Below are positions 55,129 through 63,106 of a DNA stretch of 64,000 nt, piece after piece. The translations under genes and the position numbers were made by a program. Position 1 is the first letter of the stretch. Every line of letters begins with the position of its first letter. This DNA is from Deltaproteobacteria bacterium (GTDB taxonomy: Bacteria; Desulfobacterota; Syntrophia; Syntrophales; Smithellaceae): the NCBI GenBank assembly GCA_022710585.1, contig JAKLGV010000002.1:182659-246658 (forward strand), written 5' to 3'. The notes beneath the pieces were generated by a model. That model had not been told where the DNA came from, did not search any database, and saw nothing but the letters and a program-made list of their open reading frames with translations.

Positions 55129-57210
55129 ATGAACTTCCGCATTGCCGACACATTTACTGACAGTTTATCCAAACTGACCAATGAAGAACAGAAAGCAGTG
55201 AAAACAACCGCTTTTGATCTTCAGATGAATCCGGCCAATCCGGGAATGCAGTTTCATAAGCTGGAAAAGGCAAGGGATAAACGTTTCTGGTCTGTGCGTG
55301 TCAGCAGTGATTTGCGCCTGATTGTTCATAGAACAGAGGACAGTCTTCTTTTGTGTTATGTCGACCATCACGACAATGCCTATCAGTGGGCTGAAAGCCG
55401 CAAACTGGAAACCCACCCACAGACCGGCGCTGCGCAATTGGTTGAGATTCGGGAAACCGTCAAGGAAATTATCATTCCACAATATAAAGAAGCTGAAAAA
55501 CCGGCCGCACAAGCAAAACCTCTTCTGTTTAAAGATTGTACTGATGATGAACTGCTGAAGTACGGCGTGCCGACTGAATGGCTTGATGATGTCCGCAAAG
55601 TCAGTGAGGATACCATACTGGAACTAGCCGACCATCTGCCGGGTGAAGCGGCGGAAGCGCTTTTGTGTTTAGCTACGGGAACACAGCCGCAAATCATTCC
55701 GCCTGCCGCTGTCGGTTCTGATCCATTCAAACATCCGGATGCCGAACGTCGTTTCCGCACCATGCAGAATATTGAAGAACTGGAACGCGCTTTGGAATTC
55801 CCATGGGAAAAATGGATGATTTTTCTCCATCCTGCGCAAAGGCAAATGGTGGAAAAAGATTATGGTGGTCCGACAAGAGTTTCCGGTTCGGCAGGGACAG
55901 GCAAAACCATTGTTGCCCTGCATCGGGCTGTCTTTTTGTCGCGCTCCAATCCCGATGCCCGCTTGCTTCTGACTACTTTTTCCGATACTTTGGCCAATGC
56001 TTTACGTATCAGAATGAGACGTTTGATTAGCAATACGCCACGAGTAGGCGAACGTCTGGAGTGCATTGCCTTGAATGAAATCGGTTTAAGGCTTTATGAA
56101 GCGAAGAACGGTCGCACACGTATTGTATCCGATGCGGAAATTGCCAAGATCATGAAAGAGGCCTCCACGGAAGTTCCTGACCATAAATTTCCGTTATCTT
56201 TTTTGATTACCGAATGGAAAGATGTTGTGGATGCCTGGCAACTCAATACTTGGGAAGAATATCGCGATGCCAAACGATTGGGGCGAAAATCGAGGTTGCC
56301 GGAAAAACAGCGCGTTGTTCTATGGTCCATATTTGAAAAAGTTCGCGTAAAACTGCAATCGAAAAAACTTTTAACCTATGCGGAAATATTCACAAGGCTG
56401 GCAGCGCACTTTGCAAAAAGTAAGAAACTGCCTTTTGATTATGTTGTAGTGGATGAAGCTCAGGATGTCAGCATCGCTCAATTGAAGTTTCTGGCCGCCT
56501 TGGGCTCCGGTCGCAAGAATGGACTTTTCTTTGCCGGGGATTTGGGGCAAAGAATTTTCCAGCAGCCTTTTTCATGGAAATCGCTGGGCGTTGATATTCG
56601 AGGGCGTTCCCGCACATTGCGAATCAATTACCGGACTTCGCATCAAATTCGCATTCAGGCCGATCGTCTTTTAGGGAAGGAGATTACGGATGTTGACGGC
56701 AATGTTGAAGAACGTCGCGGTATTGTTTCTGTTTTCAACGGGCCAAAACCGGCTATATTAATTTGTGACTCACAAAAAAAAGAAATTGATGCGGTTGCCA
56801 AGTGGATTAAGGAAAGAATCGGTGACGGCATGCTGCCGCATGAGATTGGAATCTTTGTACGAAGCGAGGCTCAATTGCCACGCGCACAATCGGCCGTTGA
56901 AAAATCAAAAAATTCCTATTGTATTCTTGACGACAAGGTGGAAACAGCCAGTGGTAATGTTTCAATCAGCACAATGCACTTGGCCAAGGGACTGGAATTT
57001 TGCGCAGTTTGCGTGATGGCTTGCGATGATAATGTTGTCCCTCTTCAGGAAAGGATTGAGATGGCGGGTGATGATGCCGAATTGGAAGAGGTTTACAACA
57101 CAGAGCGGCATTTGCTTTATGTCGCCTGCACCCGCGCACGGGAACATCTGCTGATTACCAGCGGCGATTCGCCATCCGAATTTCTGGATGATCTGCAGGC
57201 CAATCTTTAA
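55129..57210 (+). CDS. SF1 UvrD-like helicase with RelE/HigB/ParE-like N-terminal domain
   Basis: The N-terminus is MNFRIADTFTDSL...FHKLEKARDKRFWSVRVSSDLRLIVHRTEDSLLLCYVDHHDNAY. Helicase motifs are I GSAGTGKT, II VVVDEAQD, YRTSHQI, MHLAKGLEF and LLYVACTRAREHLLIT. The track ORF starts at 55084. Confidence 0.75.
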   Translation: MNFRIADTFTDSLSKLTNEEQKAVKTTAFDLQMNPANPGMQFHKLEKARDKRFWSVRVSSDLRLIVHRTEDSLLLCYVDHHDNAYQWAESRKLETHPQTGAAQLVEIRETVKEIIIPQYKEAEKPAAQAKPLLFKDCTDDELLKYGVPTEWLDDVRKVSEDTILELADHLPGEAAEALLCLATGTQPQIIPPAAVGSDPFKHPDAERRFRTMQNIEELERALEFPWEKWMIFLHPAQRQMVEKDYGGPTRVSGSAGTGKTIVALHRAVFLSRSNPDARLLLTTFSDTLANALRIRMRRLISNTPRVGERLECIALNEIGLRLYEAKNGRTRIVSDAEIAKIMKEASTEVPDHKFPLSFLITEWKDVVDAWQLNTWEEYRDAKRLGRKSRLPEKQRVVLWSIFEKVRVKLQSKKLLTYAEIFTRLAAHFAKSKKLPFDYVVVDEAQDVSIAQLKFLAALGSGRKNGLFFAGDLGQRIFQQPFSWKSLGVDIRGRSRTLRINYRTSHQIRIQADRLLGKEITDVDGNVEERRGIVSVFNGPKPAILICDSQKKEIDAVAKWIKERIGDGMLPHEIGIFVRSEAQLPRAQSAVEKSKNSYCILDDKVETASGNVSISTMHLAKGLEFCAVCVMACDDNVVPLQERIEMAGDDAELEEVYNTERHLLYVACTRAREHLLITSGDSPSEFLDDLQANL

Positions 57211-57239
57211 ATTGAGAAGGATATATTAAGAACATTTTT

Positions 57240-58619
57240 ATGACAGACAGCCCATTCAAATCAGCTTTAAAAGATTATTTCTTTTTCTGGCGGCCTTCGC
57301 TTTCACGAAGGCTGACGCTGGCCTTCACCATTTTCGGCCTGGCTATCGGCTATGCCGTTTATATTTATCTGGCTGTTTCTTCGACGAGTGCCTTTATTCA
57401 TCTGGCGACCGATTCCGTTCAGCAGTACCTTACTTCAGCATCCCGGGAATCCATCAGCAGAAATCAGGGCGAGCTGCTGAAAATAGTCAACGAGCGCATG
57501 ACGCATATCGCCAACGCGACCAGGGCGTTTCAGGGCATTTTCCCTCCGATGAGATATTCTCTTTATTTTAATGACGGCAAGACGTGGCAACACACCTATA
57601 TGAATAAAAAGGGTGAAATTCATTCGGCGCCAATAACCAGCGCGGCGCTTGCCGCGGCACTGGAGGAGACCAAAACAAAAAAAATTATTCAATCGGCCTC
57701 TTTATTTTACGGCATGAACAGTACCGTCAATGTGAAAATCAATATCACTCCCGTGGGCAGTGATTATACGCAAATTTTTACGTTTGATGTCCAACGTCAG
57801 GGATTTCTCAGTGCTTTCTGGATGAACATAGCGAAGGCGCTTCTTTTCTTTCTGCTCCTTTTGCTGGTCTCGCGTTTGCTGGGACAGATCTTCAGCGCCC
57901 GACTGGCCCGTCCCGTTGAGCAGCTTTCCCGGGAAGCGGAAATCATTGCGTCGGGAGATTACGAACGCCGCTTCACAACCGGCCGGAAGGATGAGGTCGG
58001 CCGGCTGGCGGAAGCGCTCAATATCATGGCTTCCCGGATTCTGGATTCGACCAAGGAAAGAGAAAATATTTTTATCGGCATCCTGATTGCTTTGACGCGG
58101 GCCATTGACGCGAAATCGCCGTGGACAGCCGGGCACAGTGAGAGGGTTACCAAATTTGCGGAAGCCATCGGACGGGGGCTTAACTTTAATGAGGATGAAA
58201 TGCGCGCTTTGACGATTTCCGCCATTCTGCACGACATCGGCAAGATTGCCGTGCCGGAACAGATTCTCGATAAACCGGGTAAACTGACCGATGAGGAATT
58301 CGATGTCATCAAAAAACATCCGCAGACCGGTGCGGACATCATTGCTTCCATTCCTTCCTATGAATTGATTCTGACAGGCATTGTACATCATCACGAACGC
58401 TGGGACGGAAAAGGATATCCCGGGGGATTGAGTGAGAAAGACATCCCGTTGATTGCGAGAATCATCTGTATTGCCGATGTGTACGACGCGCTGACGGAAG
58501 ACCGGCCGTACCGCAAGGCGTGGAGCAAAGAACAGGTGCGGCAATTTTTTGAGGAGAACAGAGAGAAAATGTTCGATTCCGACCTGGTGGATATTTTTCT
58601 GAAACTACCTGAGATTTGA
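57240..58619 (+). CDS. Membrane HAMP + HD-GYP domain protein (likely c-di-GMP phosphodiesterase)
   Basis: Two TM segments flank a sensor-like region, followed by a HAMP-like linker. HD (AILHDIGK) and HHERWDGKGYPGG motifs are present. Confidence 0.85.
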   Translation: MTDSPFKSALKDYFFFWRPSLSRRLTLAFTIFGLAIGYAVYIYLAVSSTSAFIHLATDSVQQYLTSASRESISRNQGELLKIVNERMTHIANATRAFQGIFPPMRYSLYFNDGKTWQHTYMNKKGEIHSAPITSAALAAALEETKTKKIIQSASLFYGMNSTVNVKINITPVGSDYTQIFTFDVQRQGFLSAFWMNIAKALLFFLLLLLVSRLLGQIFSARLARPVEQLSREAEIIASGDYERRFTTGRKDEVGRLAEALNIMASRILDSTKERENIFIGILIALTRAIDAKSPWTAGHSERVTKFAEAIGRGLNFNEDEMRALTISAILHDIGKIAVPEQILDKPGKLTDEEFDVIKKHPQTGADIIASIPSYELILTGIVHHHERWDGKGYPGGLSEKDIPLIARIICIADVYDALTEDRPYRKAWSKEQVRQFFEENREKMFDSDLVDIFLKLPEI

Positions 58620-58985
58620 ACTTTTGAGCCAGGCCCTCGCGGTGTCGATATCGAAAAAGTATTTCAATGACAGACCGGCGTTGATGGCTGTGGTCTCCAG
58701 AAAGTTAAGATAATCCTGATTTTCCGGGAGATCAACAAGGGCGCATTTCACTTTTGGCTTTTCGAAAGGTCTCCTGACAAAGGAATAGGTGTCCATGATG
58801 CCCAACCGTCCCTTCAGCGTGCGGATGTCCACCAGGACATGTCTTAATCCTTTTTCGATGATGATCGCAGCTCCTTCGGCCGCCAGTTGATCAATGCCGC
58901 TCTTTGTTATTTCGCCTGTCATTGTTACTTCCAGGATGGTGTCACATACTGATGATGTAATTTGATAGCCTGATTTATTTTCCAT
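58605..58985 (-). CDS. Hypothetical protein (possibly STAS-like fold)
   Basis: 126-aa ORF with no diagnostic motif. Its 3' end overlaps the HD-GYP gene's 3' end by 15 nt. Confidence 0.45.
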   Translation of the reverse strand: MENKSGYQITSSVCDTILEVTMTGEITKSGIDQLAAEGAAIIIEKGLRHVLVDIRTLKGRLGIMDTYSFVRRPFEKPKVKCALVDLPENQDYLNFLETTAINAGLSLKYFFDIDTARAWLKSSNLR

Positions 58986-59016
58986 TATTTTTCTTTCATA
59001 ACGTTAAGCTCTTATG

Positions 59017-59048
59017 AAAAGGCAGAGACTTGATGGCCTCTGCCTTTT
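59017..59048. terminator. Rho-independent terminator hairpin
   Basis: AAAA-GGCAGAG-(10 nt)-CTCTGCC-TTTT. The stems lie at 59021-59027 and 59038-59044. It is downstream of the minus-strand gene 59111..59587. Confidence 0.6.
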
Positions 59049-59110
59049 GTTTGCGAATATTATCTCAGATTATAGCATTCTGCCTAGAGTGTAAGATAAA
59101 AGGGTGAAAA

Positions 59111-59587
59111 CTATTTTTTGCCTTTTTTCTGCTGTTTGTCCTCGGAGGAATAAAAGTTCCCCATACTTTTGACGTTTTCATCAACCTGATTTTTTAAATC
59201 ATTAAAGCTTTTCTGATACATCGCAGTCCAGTCATCCATCGTTTTCTTCAGATCAAGCGGCATCCAGGCCTTTTGAGCGGAAAAAAGATCAAACATCTTC
59301 CGGGTCTGTTCCTGGAACATCGCAACGGTATCGTTGTCGAACAGGTCTTCCAGCTTGTCATATCCCTCATCGACCGCTTTTTTGAATTCGTCACGGTTTT
59401 TTTTGTACATGCTGTTTAGCTGTTCCATGACCTTTTTGCCTTCATCGGTAATGCCTGGCGTGAGGTCAACAAAAGTCGTCATGATTTTTTCCGCCTGGTT
59501 CTGCAGGTTGACCATCGTTGAGAAACAACTCCCGAACGATTTTTTGTGCCAATCCATCATCTGTTTTACGATTTCCTTGTTGTCCAT
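59111..59587 (-). CDS. Hypothetical helical protein, phasin-like
   Basis: 158 aa, K/E/D/M-rich helical sequence with a lysine-rich tail. AAAGGAG RBS. The phasin-like label is a weak impression only. Confidence 0.5.
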   Translation of the reverse strand: MDNKEIVKQMMDWHKKSFGSCFSTMVNLQNQAEKIMTTFVDLTPGITDEGKKVMEQLNSMYKKNRDEFKKAVDEGYDKLEDLFDNDTVAMFQEQTRKMFDLFSAQKAWMPLDLKKTMDDWTAMYQKSFNDLKNQVDENVKSMGNFYSSEDKQQKKGKK

Positions 59588-59742
59588 GATGAGCTCCTTT
59601 TCATTTTACTGGTATTTTACCGGGTTGAAATACTAAATTCTTTTTTTCACAGGGTTTTCTTAAAAGGAAATGCATAATAATCAAATTTTTTTATAAAACA
59701 ATACGGAATAATATAGAGGAAAATACGGGGGGAAAACCGGTA

Positions 59743-60660
59743 TTATGAAAATTTCAGCAAAAATGATCTTAGATTGGTTTTATGGCTCTGGATACCTAAT
59801 TTTTTGCGGAGATTATCCCGATGGTAATCAACTGTCTTGGTCGAAATTTTGAGAATGTCGGCGATTTCTTTGGTGGTATATCCGTTCTTCACCAGATCCG
59901 CCACGCGGAGTTCCTGCGGTGTCAGGTCGAAAGAAGATTGGGATAAGGAACGCAGGAAGGGAGCAATGATCTGACTGAGTTGATCTTCGATCATCTTCAA
60001 ATAAATCTTCTGCTGCTTGCTCAAAGCGCCTTTTTTCAGTTTTTCCAGATAGGGGAAAATGGAAGTTTTGACATTGGTCAGTACGTTTTCTTCAATTTGG
60101 CAACGGTCATCTTCCCGCTGCTTGAGGAGAACTTTTAACGCGGCATTCATTTCTTCGAGATTGCGGGATTTTATCGAGAGTTCCTCTTCTCTTTGTCTCA
60201 GCGCTTCTTCCGCCTTCTTGAGTTCGGTGATATCTCTGGCAATGGCCTGAATGGCCACAGGTTTGCCCTTGGACATCACGACAGATCCCCGGGTTTCCAC
60301 GTAAACATCGGTGCCATCTTTGTGTTTCAATCTGTATTCGGTCAATTCTTTTTGGTTACCGGCCAAGACCCTTTCCATGGCCTGAAAAGCGGTGGGGATT
60401 TGATCTTCGCTGAGAAACGAAGCAAAATTAAGAGAAGTGATTTCTTCCCGGGTATAGCCGAGTCTTTGCAGCGCCGCATTGTTGGCGTCAAGAAAACGGC
60501 CCTCAAAGTCGTGAAGGTAGATAATATCGAGCGACCGGTTGAAAAGGGACTGATAACGATCTTCGCTTTCCTTGAACTTTTCCCGGGCCCTCTTCAACAG
60601 CGTGCCGGAAACGGGCGATGGATGTTTAGGATTCATCTTCTCTTTTTTCTTCATGGGCAA
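59743..60660 (-). CDS. PAS domain + LuxR-type HTH transcriptional regulator
   Basis: PAS region (FNRSLDIIYLHDFEGRFLDANNAALQRLGYTREE), a coiled-coil linker, and a C-terminal LuxR HTH (LTPQELRVADLVKNGYTTKEIADILKISTKTVDYHRDNLRKKLG). Confidence 0.8.
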   Translation of the reverse strand: MPMKKKEKMNPKHPSPVSGTLLKRAREKFKESEDRYQSLFNRSLDIIYLHDFEGRFLDANNAALQRLGYTREEITSLNFASFLSEDQIPTAFQAMERVLAGNQKELTEYRLKHKDGTDVYVETRGSVVMSKGKPVAIQAIARDITELKKAEEALRQREEELSIKSRNLEEMNAALKVLLKQREDDRCQIEENVLTNVKTSIFPYLEKLKKGALSKQQKIYLKMIEDQLSQIIAPFLRSLSQSSFDLTPQELRVADLVKNGYTTKEIADILKISTKTVDYHRDNLRKKLGIQSHKTNLRSFLLKFS

Positions 60661-60685
60661 CTCATTGAGCTAAAGAGAAAAGGAA

Positions 60686-61381
60686 TTATTTTTCTATTTC
60701 AAACTTTGACTTATCCGCGCCGCAGACGGGGCAGGTCCAGGAATCCGGCACATCTTCAAACGGGGTTCCGGCCGCAATGCCATTATCCGGATCGCCTTTG
60801 GCCGGCTCATACACATAGCCGCAGACACTGCAAACGTAACTGGCGGCGGTCTGAGGCTTCACGGCGGCAGCGGGTTCTTCTTTGGAATAGGTCGGAGCGG
60901 TTTTGGGCGATTTGCCTCCCTTGACTTTCTGGTAATAAGCGTAGGTCATGGGCACGGCATCGCTGACCACGTCGCATTCAACGATACGGCCGACAAAGAT
61001 GGTATGCGTGCCGCAATCCATTTCACTGTCCACCTCGACTTCCAGGTAGGAAACCGTGTGGTCCAAAACGACGGGCACCTGGGTGACCGCGGTCTTTGTT
61101 TTAACGTTTTGAAGTTTGTTGACGTCGCGACCGCTCTTGAAGCCGAAAAGACCGATGAAGGTCATGGGCGCTTCTTCGGAAAGAATCGACACGACAAACT
61201 TGCGGCTGAGTTTTATCAATTCATGCGTGTAGTTCTCTTTGTTGATGCTGATCGCCACCGTGGCTGGATTGGACGTGACCTGAAACATGGAATTGGCAAT
61301 CTGACCGTTGAATTTCCCGTCCTGACCGGACGTGACGACGTAGAGGCCGTAGCTGATTTTGTGCAGAGCTGATCTGTTCAT
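60686..61381 (-). CDS. Flavin reductase domain-rubredoxin fusion (high-molecular-weight rubredoxin type)
   Basis: The N-terminus is flavin-reductase-like (GLYVVTS...NGQIANS). The C-terminal rubredoxin carries [10 protein letters not shown]...[14 protein letters not shown]. Confidence 0.85.
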   Translation of the reverse strand: MNRSALHKISYGLYVVTSGQDGKFNGQIANSMFQVTSNPATVAISINKENYTHELIKLSRKFVVSILSEEAPMTFIGLFGFKSGRDVNKLQNVKTKTAVTQVPVVLDHTVSYLEVEVDSEMDCGTHTIFVGRIVECDVVSDAVPMTYAYYQKVKGGKSPKTAPTYSKEEPAAAVKPQTAASYVCSVCGYVYEPAKGDPDNGIAAGTPFEDVPDSWTCPVCGADKSKFEIEK

Positions 61382-61656
61382 TATCGTTCTCCTTTATTCT
61401 TCTCGGGCGCCTGTATAACCTAATTTCCGTTCCAGCGCAAACAGAAATGAACCGCAGGGCAGAACGGGACGGGGCAGCCAGACCTACAATAATTTGAAAG
61501 ACTTATCATTCCTTTTTTCTTTTGACAAAACAGGCCGTTTCCGATAATTGACCCCCATCAGAGTTAAAATCCCGATGGCTGAATTTGCGGATGTTTTTTG
61601 AAGAGTATGCCGGGGCTCTGACGCCATTTTGGATTCGCTAAAAGGAAAAATGAATT

Positions 61657-62247
61657 ATGACATATGAGGAATTTTTAAAAAGAGACCACTTTGATTTTGA
61701 AGAAATTCTCGCTTTTTCCTGGGGAACGCTTGTATCCGATCCGCCGGAGCATTTTGAGGCGAAATTTCCGGCGCCGCCTTTTCTGATGGTGGATCGCATC
61801 TTATGCATTGAAAGCGACGGCAAAAAAGGCACGATTATCGCCGAGCAGGATATACGGCTGGACGCCTGGTATTTCCAGTGCCATTTTCCAGGCGATCCGG
61901 TTCAGCCCGGCTGTCTCGGCGTGGACGGTATCTGGCAATTGCTGGGCTTCTTCTGTGTCTGGAGCGGTGCGCTGGGGACGGGCAGGGCGCTGGGATGCGG
62001 CGAGGTTGCTTTCAATGGTCAGATTCGCCCGTTTAACAAATGTGTCCGCTTCGAGGTTGACGTGCGGCGCTATTCCCTTTTGAAAGAATCAGGCGCGAGC
62101 ATCGTGATCGGAGACGGACGGATTTACGTGGACAATGAACTGATTGCCACTGTCGGGCAGGCGCGCACGGGTGTTTTTAAAAATATTGCCTACAAAGATT
62201 ATCCGCTTCGTTCCAAATATTCCATTGGCGGAATCATGGAAAGGTAA
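61657..62247 (+). CDS. fabA: 3-hydroxyacyl-ACP dehydratase/isomerase FabA-like
   Basis: It aligns by eye with E. coli FabA across the active-site region: PFLMVDRI...WYFQCHFPGDPVQPGCLGVDGIWQLLGFF...GRALGCGEV. Confidence 0.8.
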   Translation: MTYEEFLKRDHFDFEEILAFSWGTLVSDPPEHFEAKFPAPPFLMVDRILCIESDGKKGTIIAEQDIRLDAWYFQCHFPGDPVQPGCLGVDGIWQLLGFFCVWSGALGTGRALGCGEVAFNGQIRPFNKCVRFEVDVRRYSLLKESGASIVIGDGRIYVDNELIATVGQARTGVFKNIAYKDYPLRSKYSIGGIMER

Positions 62248-62263
62248 ATCATCAGGAAACACT

Positions 62264-62647
62264 TTGAATATCGTCAAAAGAACAGCGGCTTATTTTGCCC
62301 GGAAAGAATTTTGCCGGAATGCCATCAGCGAATGCGCTGATTTGAGTCTGCTCAAAGAGAAGCACACGCCTAAAGTGACGTTCGGCATCGTCCTCATCGT
62401 TTTAAGTTACTTGATGGTCATTCCGTCATTTTTTGTGGTCGGGGTCATTGCCGCCAAGTTGCGAAATCCTTTGGTTGGTGTTATAGGCATTCCACTGGCC
62501 TATGCTTTGACATGGGTGGTCACGATGCTGGGCATTTATCTGACCGGTCCCGAATACGCGAAAGCTCTCGGAAAATGGCTGGTGAGAATCATACTGGAAA
62601 AAATTCTCGGGGATGAGGCAAAGAAAATCGCTTCGAATCCGGATTGA
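62264..62647 (+). CDS. Small membrane protein (start uncertain)
   Basis: Two or three hydrophobic helices. A TTG at 62264 follows AGGA and lies just past the fabA stop. The track ORF starts at 62144, inside fabA. Confidence 0.4.
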   Translation: MNIVKRTAAYFARKEFCRNAISECADLSLLKEKHTPKVTFGIVLIVLSYLMVIPSFFVVGVIAAKLRNPLVGVIGIPLAYALTWVVTMLGIYLTGPEYAKALGKWLVRIILEKILGDEAKKIASNPD

Positions 62648-62670
62648 ACTATCGAAAACAGGAGAGATGA

Positions 62671-62940
62671 ATGAGTCCGATTGAAGAAATAATCAGTGAG
62701 CTTAAGGTTAAAATTATTGATACACTGGGGCTGATCGATGTTACGCCGGAAGACATCAAGGACGATGAACGGCTGGTCGGCGGCGATCTGGGCATTGATT
62801 CCATTGATGTGCTGGAGCTGGTGATGATGATTGAAAAAGATTACGGCGTCAAAATTGACAACAAGGAACTGGGTGTCAAAGTGTTCGCTTCCGTGCGTGC
62901 CCTGGCCACTCACATCGCCAATAACCGTAAAAAAGGTTGA
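62671..62940 (+). CDS. Acyl carrier protein
   Basis: 89 aa with the phosphopantetheine attachment motif DLGIDSIDVLELV. GGAGAG RBS. Confidence 0.8.
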   Translation: MSPIEEIISELKVKIIDTLGLIDVTPEDIKDDERLVGGDLGIDSIDVLELVMMIEKDYGVKIDNKELGVKVFASVRALATHIANNRKKG

Positions 62941-63106
62941 TTTTCATTTCTAAACCAATCGTGCGCCGTTAGCCCGGAGTTTCTCTAATATGTCATTTCG
63001 GAAGCGAGAAATCTTGATCATTGTAAAAAAGATAAGATATCTCCCGTTGGCCGATATGACAGCTTTTTACTGATACCCCATATTAGCGCTTAAACTTTTT
63101 ATTCCT

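Noticed and set aside
44299-57239. Calling the defence island an integrative mobile element
   Set aside because: I found no integrase, transposase, tRNA attachment site or flanking direct repeats by eye. Only composition and gene content suggest horizontal origin, so it is reported as an island and not as a mobile_element feature.
57702-58544. 280-aa minus-strand ORF
   Set aside because: It is antisense to the HD-GYP gene, which has HD and HHERWDGKGYPGG motifs.
60193-60924. 243-aa plus-strand ORF
   Set aside because: It is antisense to the PAS-LuxR gene and to the rubredoxin-fusion gene. It crosses their intergenic gap and has no motif.
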